A stretch of 64,000 nucleotides of DNA. Origin: Patescibacteria group bacterium. GTDB lineage: Bacteria > Patescibacteriota > Minisyncoccia > Minisyncoccales > GWA2-38-27. Both the position numbers and the translations under genes were made by a program. Every line of letters begins with the position of its first letter. Positions within the stretch are counted from its first letter, which is position 1. Shown in pieces: positions 46,058 through 55,308 of this stretch. The notes under the pieces are model-generated. The model was not told where the DNA came from. It worked only from the letters and a program-made list of their open reading frames with translations, and made no database searches. The DNA lies in NCBI GenBank assembly GCA_020148045.1, contig JAHCRG010000006.1, positions 137,909-201,908 on the forward strand, read 5' to 3'.

Positions 46058-46940
46058 TATGGAAATAAAAAAAGCTATTATTCCTTTGGCTGGTGCAGCT
46101 ACAAGATTTCTGCCCTTAACAAAGGTGGTGTCAAAAGAGCTTTGGCCATTGGCAGATGTACCGATTATTCAATATATTATTGAAGAAGCAAAGAACTCAG
46201 ATATTCAAGAGATAATTTTTGTTCTAAACCCTGAGAACAAAAAGGTTTTAGATTATCTAAAACCTTCTCCTAAAATAGAAAAAATCTTAAAAGAGAGAAA
46301 AAAAGAAAATATCTTGGCAGAGATGAAAAAATTAGAAGAACTTTTAAAAGATATTTCTTTTTCTTATGTTTTACAAAAAAAGCCTTTAGGGGACGGTCAC
46401 GCGCTTTTACAGGCGGCAAAACTTGTAGGGGAAGGACCTGTGGCTTGTATGTTTGGAGATGATGTTATTGATTCAAAAACACCCGGTGTTTTACAATTAG
46501 CCAGAATTTTTAAGACCTGCCAAAAACCAATTATTGCCCTCCATCGTCCGCCTAAAGATAAAATCCCTCAATATGGAATAGTTGGTGTTGAGAAAATTGC
46601 TAATCGTCTTTACAAAATTAAAAAAATCATAGAAAAGCCATCTTTGGAAGAAGCTCCTTCTGATTTGGCAATTGTGGGAAGATATATTTTGACTCCTGAA
46701 GTGTTTGATTATTTGAAAAAAGCCAGGCCCACTAAAAAGGGAGAAATAATTCTGGCTGAGGTTTTTAATAATCAGATGCTGAAAGATGGTAAAGTGATTT
46801 ATGGATATGAATTTGAAGGGAACTGGCTTGAATGCGGGGATAAAATTAGATGGCTAAAATCAAACCTTTATTTCTCTTTGAAACATCCCAAATTCGGCCC
46901 TGAATTAAAAAATTATTTAAAAGAATTAAAAATAATATGA
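46050..46940 (+). CDS. galU: UTP--glucose-1-phosphate uridylyltransferase (GalU-like)
   Basis: KAIIPLAGAATRFLPLTKVVSKEL, QKKPLGDGHA, IEKP, AIVGRY. Confidence 0.85.
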   Translation: MINMEIKKAIIPLAGAATRFLPLTKVVSKELWPLADVPIIQYIIEEAKNSDIQEIIFVLNPENKKVLDYLKPSPKIEKILKERKKENILAEMKKLEELLKDISFSYVLQKKPLGDGHALLQAAKLVGEGPVACMFGDDVIDSKTPGVLQLARIFKTCQKPIIALHRPPKDKIPQYGIVGVEKIANRLYKIKKIIEKPSLEEAPSDLAIVGRYILTPEVFDYLKKARPTKKGEIILAEVFNNQMLKDGKVIYGYEFEGNWLECGDKIRWLKSNLYFSLKHPKFGPELKNYLKELKII

Positions 46941-47815
46941 TTGAAGTAAATAAATCCATTCTAAAAAATATCTATCAAAAAAGGCCTGCGACTGCCAGAA
47001 AATATGATTATGGTTTGTTGTTAGTTATTGGCGGTTCAGAATTTTATAGTGGTTCTCCAGCTTTTTCAGCCCTTGCTGCTTTTAAAACAGGAGTAGATAT
47101 GGTTAGAATTATTGCTCCAAAAAGAGCGGCTGATATAATTGCTTCTTTTAGCCCTAATTTAGCAGCTTATCCTTTACAAGGAGTTCATTTGAACAAAGAG
47201 AACTTAATTACTTTAATTTCAATGACGAAAGGCGCTAAAGCTGCTGCTAAAGGAAAAGCAGCTGTGGTGATCGGCGGAGGAATGGGAAGGTCGCAAGAAA
47301 CCCAAGAAGCAATTTTGGAATACTTATCTCAGGTTTCCGTGCCAGTTGTTGTTGACGCTGATGGAATTCATGCTTTAGGGAAAAAACCAGAAACAATATC
47401 TGACCAACCGTCTTTGATTACTCCCCATGCTCACGAATTTTTCGTTTTGACAGGAAAAGAAGTGGCTGAACTTTCTGACGAAGAGAAAATAAGGATAGTT
47501 CAGGAAGAAGCTGGCCGGCTTAAGACAACAATTTTATTAAAAGGAAAAATAGATATAATTTCTAATGGCAAAGAAGTTGCTATTGCCAAAGCTGGTTCTC
47601 CATATATGACCGTCGGCGGTATGGGAGATACTTTAGCTGGTGTTTGCGGGGCTTTGTTAGCAAGAGGGATGAGTCCTTTTGAAGCAGCCCAAGCCGGTAT
47701 TTTAATCAATGATTTGGCTGGAGAAATAGCTTGCAAAAAATTAGGAGAATCAGTAATGGCTACTGATTTAATTGAGGCAATCCCTCAAGTAATAAAAGGT
47801 CGCTTTCTAAAATAA
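46937..47815 (+). CDS. nnrD: ADP-dependent NAD(P)HX dehydratase
   Basis: IGGSEFYSGSP, VVDADG, ITPHAHEF, GGMGDTLAG. Confidence 0.88.
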   Translation: MIEVNKSILKNIYQKRPATARKYDYGLLLVIGGSEFYSGSPAFSALAAFKTGVDMVRIIAPKRAADIIASFSPNLAAYPLQGVHLNKENLITLISMTKGAKAAAKGKAAVVIGGGMGRSQETQEAILEYLSQVSVPVVVDADGIHALGKKPETISDQPSLITPHAHEFFVLTGKEVAELSDEEKIRIVQEEAGRLKTTILLKGKIDIISNGKEVAIAKAGSPYMTVGGMGDTLAGVCGALLARGMSPFEAAQAGILINDLAGEIACKKLGESVMATDLIEAIPQVIKGRFLK

Positions 47816-47829
47816 AAACTTAATTAAAG

Positions 47830-48591
47830 ATGCTTAATTTAAAAAACAAAGTAGCAATTATTACCGGAGCCAGAAGAGGCATGGGCAGAACTCATGCTTT
47901 AACTTTGGCTAAGGCAGGAGCAAAAGTGGTTGCTTCTGATATTTCTTTAGAGGATTGTGAAAAAGTAGTAAAAGAAATTGAAAAAGATGGAGGAGAGGGC
48001 TTGGCTCTAAAGTGTGATGTTACTAAAAAGAAAGAAGTTGAGGAGATGGTTAAAAAGACAGTAAAAAAATGGGGCAGGTTGGATATTTTGGTAAATAATG
48101 CTGGAATTTGTCAATTTAAACCATTTCTGGACCTAACTGAAGAAGAATGGGATAGGACAATTAATATTAATTTGAAAGGATATTTTCTTTGCGCCCAAGC
48201 AGCAGCAAAAGAAATGGCAAAGCAAAAGTCAGGAGTGATTGTTAATATTGCGTCTGTGGCTATGGGCCAGCAGGGAATTGGTTTTCCTAATATTGTTCAT
48301 TACTGCGCTTCAAAAGGAGGAATTGTTGGGATGACTGAAGCTCTGGCTCTTGAGATGGCACCATATAATATCAGGGTTAATGCTATTTCTCCTGGAATGA
48401 TTGATACTCCAATGATTGACCCGGTTAAGAAAGATCCTCAACAAGAAAAAGGAATTTTAGCCAGGATTCCAATGCATCGCATGGCAGATGCTCAAGAAGT
48501 TTCTAATTTAGTTTTGTTTCTGGCATCAGATGAGTCCTCTTATATGACCGGCTCCACTGTGGTAATTGACGGCGGCTGGCTCGCCGGGTAG
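47830..48591 (+). CDS. Short-chain dehydrogenase/reductase (FabG-like)
   Basis: TGARRGMG, NNAG, YCASK, DGGW. Confidence 0.92.
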   Translation: MLNLKNKVAIITGARRGMGRTHALTLAKAGAKVVASDISLEDCEKVVKEIEKDGGEGLALKCDVTKKKEVEEMVKKTVKKWGRLDILVNNAGICQFKPFLDLTEEEWDRTININLKGYFLCAQAAAKEMAKQKSGVIVNIASVAMGQQGIGFPNIVHYCASKGGIVGMTEALALEMAPYNIRVNAISPGMIDTPMIDPVKKDPQQEKGILARIPMHRMADAQEVSNLVLFLASDESSYMTGSTVVIDGGWLAG

Positions 48592-48611
48592 TTATTCTCT
48601 AAAAACTTTTG

Positions 48612-48643
48612 AGAAGCCCCGTCCAGGCGGGGCTTTTTCTTTT
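48612..48643 (+). terminator. Intrinsic terminator
   Basis: aagccccg-tccagg-cggggctt-tttctttt. Confidence 0.75.
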
Positions 48644-48671
48644 TAGAGGAATGGTGTAAAATGGATATAAT

Positions 48672-49592
48672 ATGAAGCATGATTTAATTATTATTGGTGG
48701 GGGACCGGCTGGAATGACAGCTGGTATCTACGCTGGTCGTTTGGGTTTAAAAACTCTTTTAATTACCAAGAGCTTTGGAGGACAAATAGCTAAGAAGGCT
48801 GTAAGTATTGAGAATTATCCTGGATTTGAATCAATTTCCGGAATTGAATTAGTTCAGAAAATAGAAAAGCATTTGAAATCTCAAAAAATTGATATTGAGA
48901 TGGATGAAATAAGAAAGGTTGAGAAAAAGAATAATGATTTCTTGGTTTTTGCTAAAAGCAAAAAAGAATTTCAGGTAAAAGCAGTAATTCTGGCTTCTGG
49001 AGCTGACCCTCGTCCTTTGGAGGTTCCCGGCGAGAAAGAATTTATTGGCAAAGGGGTGAGCTACTGCTCCGTCTGCGATGGTCCATTGTTTAAGGATAAA
49101 GTTGTAGCCGTGATTGGAGGAGGAAATGCTGGTTTTGAAACAGCTATATTTTTAGGTCAACATGCTAAGAAAATATATATTTTAGAATATGCGTCAGAGC
49201 CAGGGGCAGATGCTGCAAATCAGGAAATAGTTAAAAAAGCTGGCAAGACAGAGATAATAACAAATGCTGCTCCAAGAGAAATTAAGGGAAAGGATTTTGT
49301 AGGTTCAATAATCTATGAAGATAGAAAAACAGGAAAAGAGAAAACTTTAAAGGTTCAGGGCGTCTTTGTGGAAATTGGTTATCAGCCAGCAACTTCCTAT
49401 GTTAGGGGCTTGGTTGATTTTAATGAAAGGGATGAAATAAAGGTAGATTATGAAACCTGTCAGACAAAAACTCCTGGGCTTTTTGCAGCGGGAGATGTAA
49501 ATGTAGGTTCTGCTAAGCAGATTGTTACAGCTGCAGGCGAAGGAGCAAAAGCTGCCATAGCCGCTTATAACTATATTCAAAAGAAAACATGA
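48672..49592 (+). CDS. trxB: Thioredoxin reductase (TrxB/AhpF-like)
   Basis: GGGPAG, CSVCDG, GGGNAG, FAAGD. Confidence 0.88.
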   Translation: MKHDLIIIGGGPAGMTAGIYAGRLGLKTLLITKSFGGQIAKKAVSIENYPGFESISGIELVQKIEKHLKSQKIDIEMDEIRKVEKKNNDFLVFAKSKKEFQVKAVILASGADPRPLEVPGEKEFIGKGVSYCSVCDGPLFKDKVVAVIGGGNAGFETAIFLGQHAKKIYILEYASEPGADAANQEIVKKAGKTEIITNAAPREIKGKDFVGSIIYEDRKTGKEKTLKVQGVFVEIGYQPATSYVRGLVDFNERDEIKVDYETCQTKTPGLFAAGDVNVGSAKQIVTAAGEGAKAAIAAYNYIQKKT

Positions 49593-50689
49593 TTAAGGGT
49601 TTGAAAGCAAGAGAAATATTGGATTCCAGGGGGAAGCCAACTGTTGAGGTTGAATTAAGAACTAATAAAGGTGTTTTTAGAGCATCTGTTCCTTCAGGTG
49701 CTTCTGAAGGAAAACACGAGGCAATCGAGTTAAAAGCATCAGAAGCAGTTAAAAACGTAAATCAAATTATTGCTCCTGAGCTTGAAGCTAGAGATCCAGC
49801 TCTTCAGAAAGAGATAGATGAGTTAATGATTGATTTGGATGGTACAGAAAATAAATCAAAATTAGGAGCTAATGCTATTTTACCTGTTTCCATTGCTGTT
49901 TGCCGAGCTGGTGCTGCTGTTAAAAAACTTCCTCTTTGGAAATATATTTCTCAAATTGCTAAAACAAAACCTGGTTTACCTACACCTTCTGTTCTTTTAA
50001 TTGAAGGGGGACTTCATGCTAAAAATAAACTTGATTTCCAGGAATTTATGATAGTTACGAAGTTTGAGCAAGCAAAGGAAATTTATCAGAAGCTTGGAAA
50101 GATTTTAGCTACAGGGCTAGGTGATGAAGGTGGTTTTGCTCCACAGATTTCAGACCCAAACCAGACCCTGGATTTTATTATGGAGGCGGCCAGAGGATAT
50201 ACTATAAAAATAGGCCTGGATTGTGCTGCGTCACACTGGAGGAAGAAAAAATATGACATAGATTTTTATACCAGCTTAGTTAGCAAATATCCAATTATTT
50301 TTCTTGAGGATCCTTTTGGAGAAGAGGACTGGGAACTGTTTCAGGAAATTACTAGAAAATTGGGTAAAAAAGTGACTATTGTAGGAGATGACCTTTTAAC
50401 CACTAATGTTAAAAGAATCAAAAAGGCTAGAAGTAAAAGGGCTTGCAATGGGACAATTATTAAACCAGATCAAGTTGGCACAGTAAATGAAGTTATTGAA
50501 GCTGTAAAATTAGCCAAGTCGTTTGACTGGAAAATTATGGTCTCTCATCGGGCAGGGGAGACCATGGATGATTTTATTGCTGATTTGGCAGTTGGCATTG
50601 GCGCTGATTTCATTAAATCCGGCGGTCCAACCAAACCTGAACGATTAGTAAAGTATAACCGTTTATTAAAAATCGAAGAAGAAAAATGA
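49589..50689 (+). CDS. eno: Enolase (compact)
   Basis: REILDSRGKPTVEV, PSGAS, GDEGG, GDDL, SHRAGET, KYNRLL. Confidence 0.93.
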   Translation: MIKGLKAREILDSRGKPTVEVELRTNKGVFRASVPSGASEGKHEAIELKASEAVKNVNQIIAPELEARDPALQKEIDELMIDLDGTENKSKLGANAILPVSIAVCRAGAAVKKLPLWKYISQIAKTKPGLPTPSVLLIEGGLHAKNKLDFQEFMIVTKFEQAKEIYQKLGKILATGLGDEGGFAPQISDPNQTLDFIMEAARGYTIKIGLDCAASHWRKKKYDIDFYTSLVSKYPIIFLEDPFGEEDWELFQEITRKLGKKVTIVGDDLLTTNVKRIKKARSKRACNGTIIKPDQVGTVNEVIEAVKLAKSFDWKIMVSHRAGETMDDFIADLAVGIGADFIKSGGPTKPERLVKYNRLLKIEEEK

Positions 50690-51888
50690 AAAAGATTGTT
50701 TTAATTATTATTGATGGGCTGGGGGATAGGCCGATTGCGGCTCTTGGGAATAAAACCCCGCTTGAAGCAGCTAAGACGCCTAATTTGGATTTTTTAGTTG
50801 AAAATGGAATTTGTGGTTTAGTTGAACCTAAGTTTCAAGGCGCTACCCCAACATCTGAAGGCGCCCATTTTTCTTTGTTTGGTTATGACCCTGAAGTTTA
50901 TAAAATAAGGAGGGGAATTATTACAGCAACAGGCGCTGGGCTTAAAGCAAAAAAAGGAGATGTTGCTTTGAGAGGAAACTTTGCTACTGTTGATAAAGAA
51001 CTAAATATGATTGATAGAAGAGCTGGCAGAATTAAAAATCCAGGTCTTTTGATTAAAGCTTTAAATGGAATAAAAATTAACAATGTAAGATTTTTATTAA
51101 AAAGCGCCACAGAACATAGATTGGGAATTATAATGAGAGGGAAAAATTTGAGCCCTGATATTTCAGACGGTGATCCTCATTATGGAAAACTTGGGAAAAA
51201 GGCAAGAAAAATTAAACCTTTTAATAAGAGTGCTAACGCAGTTTTTACAGCTAAAGTTTTGAATAAATTTTTAAAAAGAGCCGGTCAGATTTTAAAAGCT
51301 CATCCCTTGAATAAAAAAAGAGAAAAAATGGGATTGCCAGTAGCAAACTATATTTTAGTGAGAGGTGCTTCTACTGTTAAAAAATTACCTTCTTTTAAAA
51401 AGAGATATAACTTGAAAGCCTGTTGTATCGCCGGCAAGTTTCTTTATCAACAGATTGGCAAGATTTTAGGGATGGACCTGATAAAAGTTAAAGGAGCTAA
51501 TGGGCTTGTTAACACAAACTTGAAAGGGAAAGTTCAAGCTGTAAAAAAGGCCCTGAGAAAGTATAATTTTGTTTTCTTACATATTAAGGCAACGGATTCT
51601 TTGGCTGAGGACGGGAACTTTAAAGGAAAAAAAGAATTTATTGAGAAGATAGATGGAAATTTGAAACCAATTTTAAATCTTAAAGATACCTTAATAGTAG
51701 CTACGGCTGACCATTCCACTTGCTGTTCTCTCAAAAGACATTGTTCAGAGCCGATACCAATTTTAATTTTTGGCGATGGTAAAGATTCGGTGAAAGAATT
51801 TTCTGAAAAGGTTTGTCAGAAAGGAAAGTTAGGAAGAATAAAGCAGACAAATTTAATGAAGAAAGTTTTGGCTATTGCCAAGAAATAA
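50686..51888 (+). CDS. apgM: 2,3-BPG-independent phosphoglycerate mutase, ApgM type
   Basis: IIDGLGDRP, KTPLEAAKTPNLD, RGNFATV, DRRAGRI, TADHST. Confidence 0.88.
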   Translation: MKKIVLIIIDGLGDRPIAALGNKTPLEAAKTPNLDFLVENGICGLVEPKFQGATPTSEGAHFSLFGYDPEVYKIRRGIITATGAGLKAKKGDVALRGNFATVDKELNMIDRRAGRIKNPGLLIKALNGIKINNVRFLLKSATEHRLGIIMRGKNLSPDISDGDPHYGKLGKKARKIKPFNKSANAVFTAKVLNKFLKRAGQILKAHPLNKKREKMGLPVANYILVRGASTVKKLPSFKKRYNLKACCIAGKFLYQQIGKILGMDLIKVKGANGLVNTNLKGKVQAVKKALRKYNFVFLHIKATDSLAEDGNFKGKKEFIEKIDGNLKPILNLKDTLIVATADHSTCCSLKRHCSEPIPILIFGDGKDSVKEFSEKVCQKGKLGRIKQTNLMKKVLAIAKK

Positions 51889-51910
51889 ACATTTTGCTAA
51901 AATAAAAAAT

Positions 51911-52639
51911 ATGAACAAGAACTTATTAGCAATAGCAATTATTATTGCAGGTGTCCTAATTGCTGGGGCAATCGTTTACACCAACTATTCAAAGTCTTCA
52001 GAAGAGGGTGAGGTTTTGTCTTCCCAAGAAGCCGGGGAGAAGATGGTAAATTTTATTAGTGATAATATCTTACAGGGAGAAGCTGCCATTTCTTTAATAG
52101 AGACATTGGAAGAGAATGGGTTGTACAAAGTTAAGTTTGAGGTTGAAGGAGAAGAGGTAGAATGGCGTATAACAAAAGATGGAGAGCTTATCTTTCCTCA
52201 AGTAATTGATTTAGCAGAATTTGAACTACCGGCAGAAGAGACAGGTCAGACAATTGGGAATTTTTCAGTAAGTAATGATGAAGTTTGTAAAGAGAATGGT
52301 AAACCCATTGTTTATTTTTTTGGCTCTGAGGAATGTAGTTATTGTAAATGGGAGCATCCTGTAATGGAAGAGGTGGCAGCAAAATTTGAGGGAGAGATAG
52401 CTTTTCATAATAATATGGATTCAGAAGCTGATATGGATGTATTTTCCAAATATAGCACTGGCGGTGGCATACCAACTTTAGTTTTAGGGTGTAAATATTA
52501 CCGAGTTGGAGCTGGAACCCAATCTGGCGAAGAAAAAGAAACAGAGTATTTAACTGCTTTAATTTGTAAGTTAACAGAGAATAAACCTGCTGACGTCTGT
52601 AGCTCTGTTCAAGATTTAATTAACGAAATAAAAGATTAA
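51911..52639 (+). CDS. Membrane-anchored thioredoxin-fold protein
   Basis: N-terminal TM helix; CSYC; IPTLV. Confidence 0.75.
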   Translation: MNKNLLAIAIIIAGVLIAGAIVYTNYSKSSEEGEVLSSQEAGEKMVNFISDNILQGEAAISLIETLEENGLYKVKFEVEGEEVEWRITKDGELIFPQVIDLAEFELPAEETGQTIGNFSVSNDEVCKENGKPIVYFFGSEECSYCKWEHPVMEEVAAKFEGEIAFHNNMDSEADMDVFSKYSTGGGIPTLVLGCKYYRVGAGTQSGEEKETEYLTALICKLTENKPADVCSSVQDLINEIKD

Positions 52640-52643
52640 TGAA

Positions 52644-52871
52644 ATGGTTAAAGTTTTTTCCACCCCAAGCTGTCCATACTGTGTTACTTTAAAAGAATTT
52701 TTGAAAGAGCATGATATTGAATTTGAAGATATTGATGTTTCTCAAGATAAAGTTGCTTTGGATGAGATGGTAAAAAAATCAGGCCAGATGGGAGTTCCAG
52801 TTGTGGATATAGATGGCCAGATTGTTATTGGCTTTGATAAGGAGAAAATCACTAAATTATTAAATCTATGA
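52644..52871 (+). CDS. Glutaredoxin (NrdH/YruB-like)
   Basis: CPYC, GQMGVPV, IGFD. Confidence 0.92.
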   Translation: MVKVFSTPSCPYCVTLKEFLKEHDIEFEDIDVSQDKVALDEMVKKSGQMGVPVVDIDGQIVIGFDKEKITKLLNL

Positions 52872-53833
52872 TAAAAATTGCTATAAATGGTTTCGGAAGA
52901 ATAGGTCGTCCTACATTCCGAAGAATTATTGACAATCATCCTGATTTGGAAGTTGTTGCTATTAATGATTTAACTGATAACAAAACATTGGCTCATCTTT
53001 TAAAATACGATTCTATATATGGAAGATATGATAAAGAGATTACTTGTGCTATGCTTGCTGAAGCAGAACCGGAGAAACTTCCATGGAAGAAATTAGAAGT
53101 TGATATTGTTTTAGAATGCACTGGTCGTTTTACTGATTTGCAAGGAGCTAAAAAACATATTAAAGCAGGCGCAAAAAAAGTAATAATTTCAGCTCCCGGA
53201 AAAGACCCAGAGATTCCGGGTTTTGTTTTGGGCGTTAATGAAGAGAAATTTGACCCTAAAAAAGATGAAATTATTGATATGGGCTCTTGCACTACTAATT
53301 GTTTGGCTCCGCTCGTAAAAGTTTTAAATGATAATTTTGAAATTAAAAATGGCTTTATGACCACTGTTCACAGCTATACCAATGACCAGAGAATATTGGA
53401 TTTACCTCACAAGGATTTAAGAAGAACCAGGGCCGCTGCTTTGAATATTATTCCAACTACTACTGGGGCTACCAAAGCAATTGGAAAGATTATCCCTGAA
53501 TTAGACGGGAAGTTGGATGGAATTGCTATAAGAGTTCCAACTCCAACAGTTTCAATTTTAGATTTAATCGTTGAAATAGAGAAATCAACAACTAAAGAGA
53601 AAGTTAATGCTGCATTTAAAAAAGCTGCTAACCAGCTTAAAGGGATTTTGAGAGTAGAAGAAGAGCCATTGGTTTCCACTGACTATATCGGCGACACTTA
53701 TTCAGCCATTGTTGACGCTTCTCAAACAATGGTTAAAGACAAGTTAATTAAAGTCCTTGGCTGGTATGATAATGAATATGGTTATGCCTGCCGTTTAGCA
53801 GAATTCACTGAATACGTAGGCAAGAAATTATAA
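52868..53833 (+). CDS. gap: Type I glyceraldehyde-3-phosphate dehydrogenase
   Basis: INGFGRIGR, SCTTNCL, WYDNEYGY. Confidence 0.97.
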   Translation: MIKIAINGFGRIGRPTFRRIIDNHPDLEVVAINDLTDNKTLAHLLKYDSIYGRYDKEITCAMLAEAEPEKLPWKKLEVDIVLECTGRFTDLQGAKKHIKAGAKKVIISAPGKDPEIPGFVLGVNEEKFDPKKDEIIDMGSCTTNCLAPLVKVLNDNFEIKNGFMTTVHSYTNDQRILDLPHKDLRRTRAAALNIIPTTTGATKAIGKIIPELDGKLDGIAIRVPTPTVSILDLIVEIEKSTTKEKVNAAFKKAANQLKGILRVEEEPLVSTDYIGDTYSAIVDASQTMVKDKLIKVLGWYDNEYGYACRLAEFTEYVGKKL

Positions 53834-53846
53834 TTATATAATTTAG

Positions 53847-53890
53847 AGAAGCAAAAAGGCCGAAACTTTCGTTTCGGCCTTTTTGCTTCT
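53847..53890. terminator. Bidirectional terminator
   Basis: agaagcaaaaaggccgaaac-tttc-gtttcggcctttttgcttct, 20-bp stem. Confidence 0.85.
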
Positions 53891-53899
53891 TGCTCCTCT

Positions 53900-54076
53900 T
53901 TAGTCTTCTTTCTCTTCTTTTTTTTCTATTTTCTTTTTCTCTTCCACTTGCGGAAATCTCTTTTTAATATCTTTAGTAAGCCAATCACCGCTAAGTTTTT
54001 GGCTTCTTTTTATTATATCAGTGGTGGTATATTTTTCTTTGGTTTTATCTCTTTTTGGAAGATTTTTTAACATCAT
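53900..54076 (-). CDS. 58-aa highly charged protein not in the ORF track
   Basis: MMLKNLPKRDKTKEKYTTTDIIKRSQKLSGDWLTKDIKKRFPQVEEKKKIEKKEEKED*; overlaps the end of the protease gene and stops just before the terminator. Confidence 0.55.
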   Translation of the reverse strand: MMLKNLPKRDKTKEKYTTTDIIKRSQKLSGDWLTKDIKKRFPQVEEKKKIEKKEEKED

Positions 54077-54878
54077 TTTTTTCTATATAAATTATTTTAA
54101 AGTAATATTTTTTAAATATTTCCTCAAAGTCTTTTTTGATTATTTTCCATTCTTTCAAAGACTCTAACTTTTCAACGGTCAGCTTGAGAGCATTTTTTGC
54201 TTCATTTAAAAATATAGAATATTCGTGCGCTGGATAATTATTAACAAAGGCTCTCGCTGTTCGAAGAGCTTTTTTGAAATCATTTTTCATCATTGCAGCC
54301 GATAATAAATCTATGGCATAAAATAAAGCTACTCTAAGTTCCCGATAACTCTTTTGAAGGTGATAAGGGTCAATTTGTTGAATAACTGGTTTAACAAATT
54401 CGGTTGCTATATGTAGAGCTAACTTAGCAGAATCAAGTCTTGATAATTTAATTTCGTTTTGACGAAGAAATTTATATCGGTCGTTTGCTATACTCTCTGA
54501 AAGATTAGATAGTGTCGTTATTATATTTTGGATATCAAGTGCAGATATCCTTGAACCATCTCTTGGGTGTTCCATAGGTAAATCCAAAGGACCAAGAGCA
54601 GCTTTGTCGCTCATATAAATTACATCTCCTCCTAATGCCATTAAAGTTCCCGCACTTTTTGCATAATTTGGAATAAGTATATAAATTTTTTGAAACCTCT
54701 TTCTCAAAAGAGTCATAATGGCAACTGCAGAAAAAGGATCTCCTCCATATGTTTGCAAAACCAAAAATAGCTTTTCACTTTGGTGATTTTTAATTTCTTT
54801 TTCAACTTCGTCTAAACAGGTTGAATCTATTTTTCTATTTTCATCTACTAAAAAAATTAAGTAGGAAGTTTTTGGCAT
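54045..54878 (-). CDS. Clp-fold serine protease (SDH_sah/SppA-like)
   Basis: LVLQTYGG, AKSAGTLMALG, LGPLD and YPAHEYSI motifs; probable ATG at 54878. Confidence 0.8.
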   Translation of the reverse strand: MPKTSYLIFLVDENRKIDSTCLDEVEKEIKNHQSEKLFLVLQTYGGDPFSAVAIMTLLRKRFQKIYILIPNYAKSAGTLMALGGDVIYMSDKAALGPLDLPMEHPRDGSRISALDIQNIITTLSNLSESIANDRYKFLRQNEIKLSRLDSAKLALHIATEFVKPVIQQIDPYHLQKSYRELRVALFYAIDLLSAAMMKNDFKKALRTARAFVNNYPAHEYSIFLNEAKNALKLTVEKLESLKEWKIIKKDFEEIFKKYYFKIIYIEKNDVKKSSKKR

Positions 54879-54919
54879 CAATCTAATTATATCATAATCC
54901 AAAAATATTACAAATTTAC

Positions 54920-54948
54920 TTGACTTATCTTTTAAAGAACTTTATACT
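54920..54948 (+). promoter_or_regulatory. sigma70 promoter for the candidate ncRNA
   Basis: TTGACT-17 bp-TATACT. Confidence 0.7.
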
Positions 54949-54954
54949 GAAAGT

Positions 54955-55133
54955 AGCCTCCCAGAGGCAGCCCGTTAGAGCAACCGCAACATAGCGAGAA
55001 GCGGGGCAACGGCAATACGATGAAATAAGTGTAAAAATCCTTATAGTAGCAGTAGAGTTTGACTCTCAATTCGAGAAGATATACAACTAACTATTATAAG
55101 GGGCTTATTGAAGGAGATATGTGCTGGGAGGCT
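54955..55133 (+). ncRNA. Candidate ~180-nt structured ncRNA of unknown family
   Basis: Closing stem agcctcccag/ctgggaggct starts at the predicted TSS; two internal arms; followed by a T-rich tract. Confidence 0.6.
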
Positions 55134-55210
55134 TTTCGTTTTTGGAAAAATTCCATTACTTGAAACATTGGGCTATATGCCTTGAAGGGGGCTTTGAGGA
55201 GAGGCCTTGA

Positions 55211-55250
55211 CCATGCCAAAAATCGTCCGATCGGACGATTTTTGGCATGG
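55211..55250. repeat. Perfect 40-bp palindrome
   Basis: ccatgccaaaaatcgtccga|tcggacgatttttggcatgg. Confidence 0.9.
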
Positions 55251-55308
55251 GTACTTTTTCACAGAAAAACCTTTGTTAAATTTCTTCTACAGGGTATAAT
55301 AGAATAAC

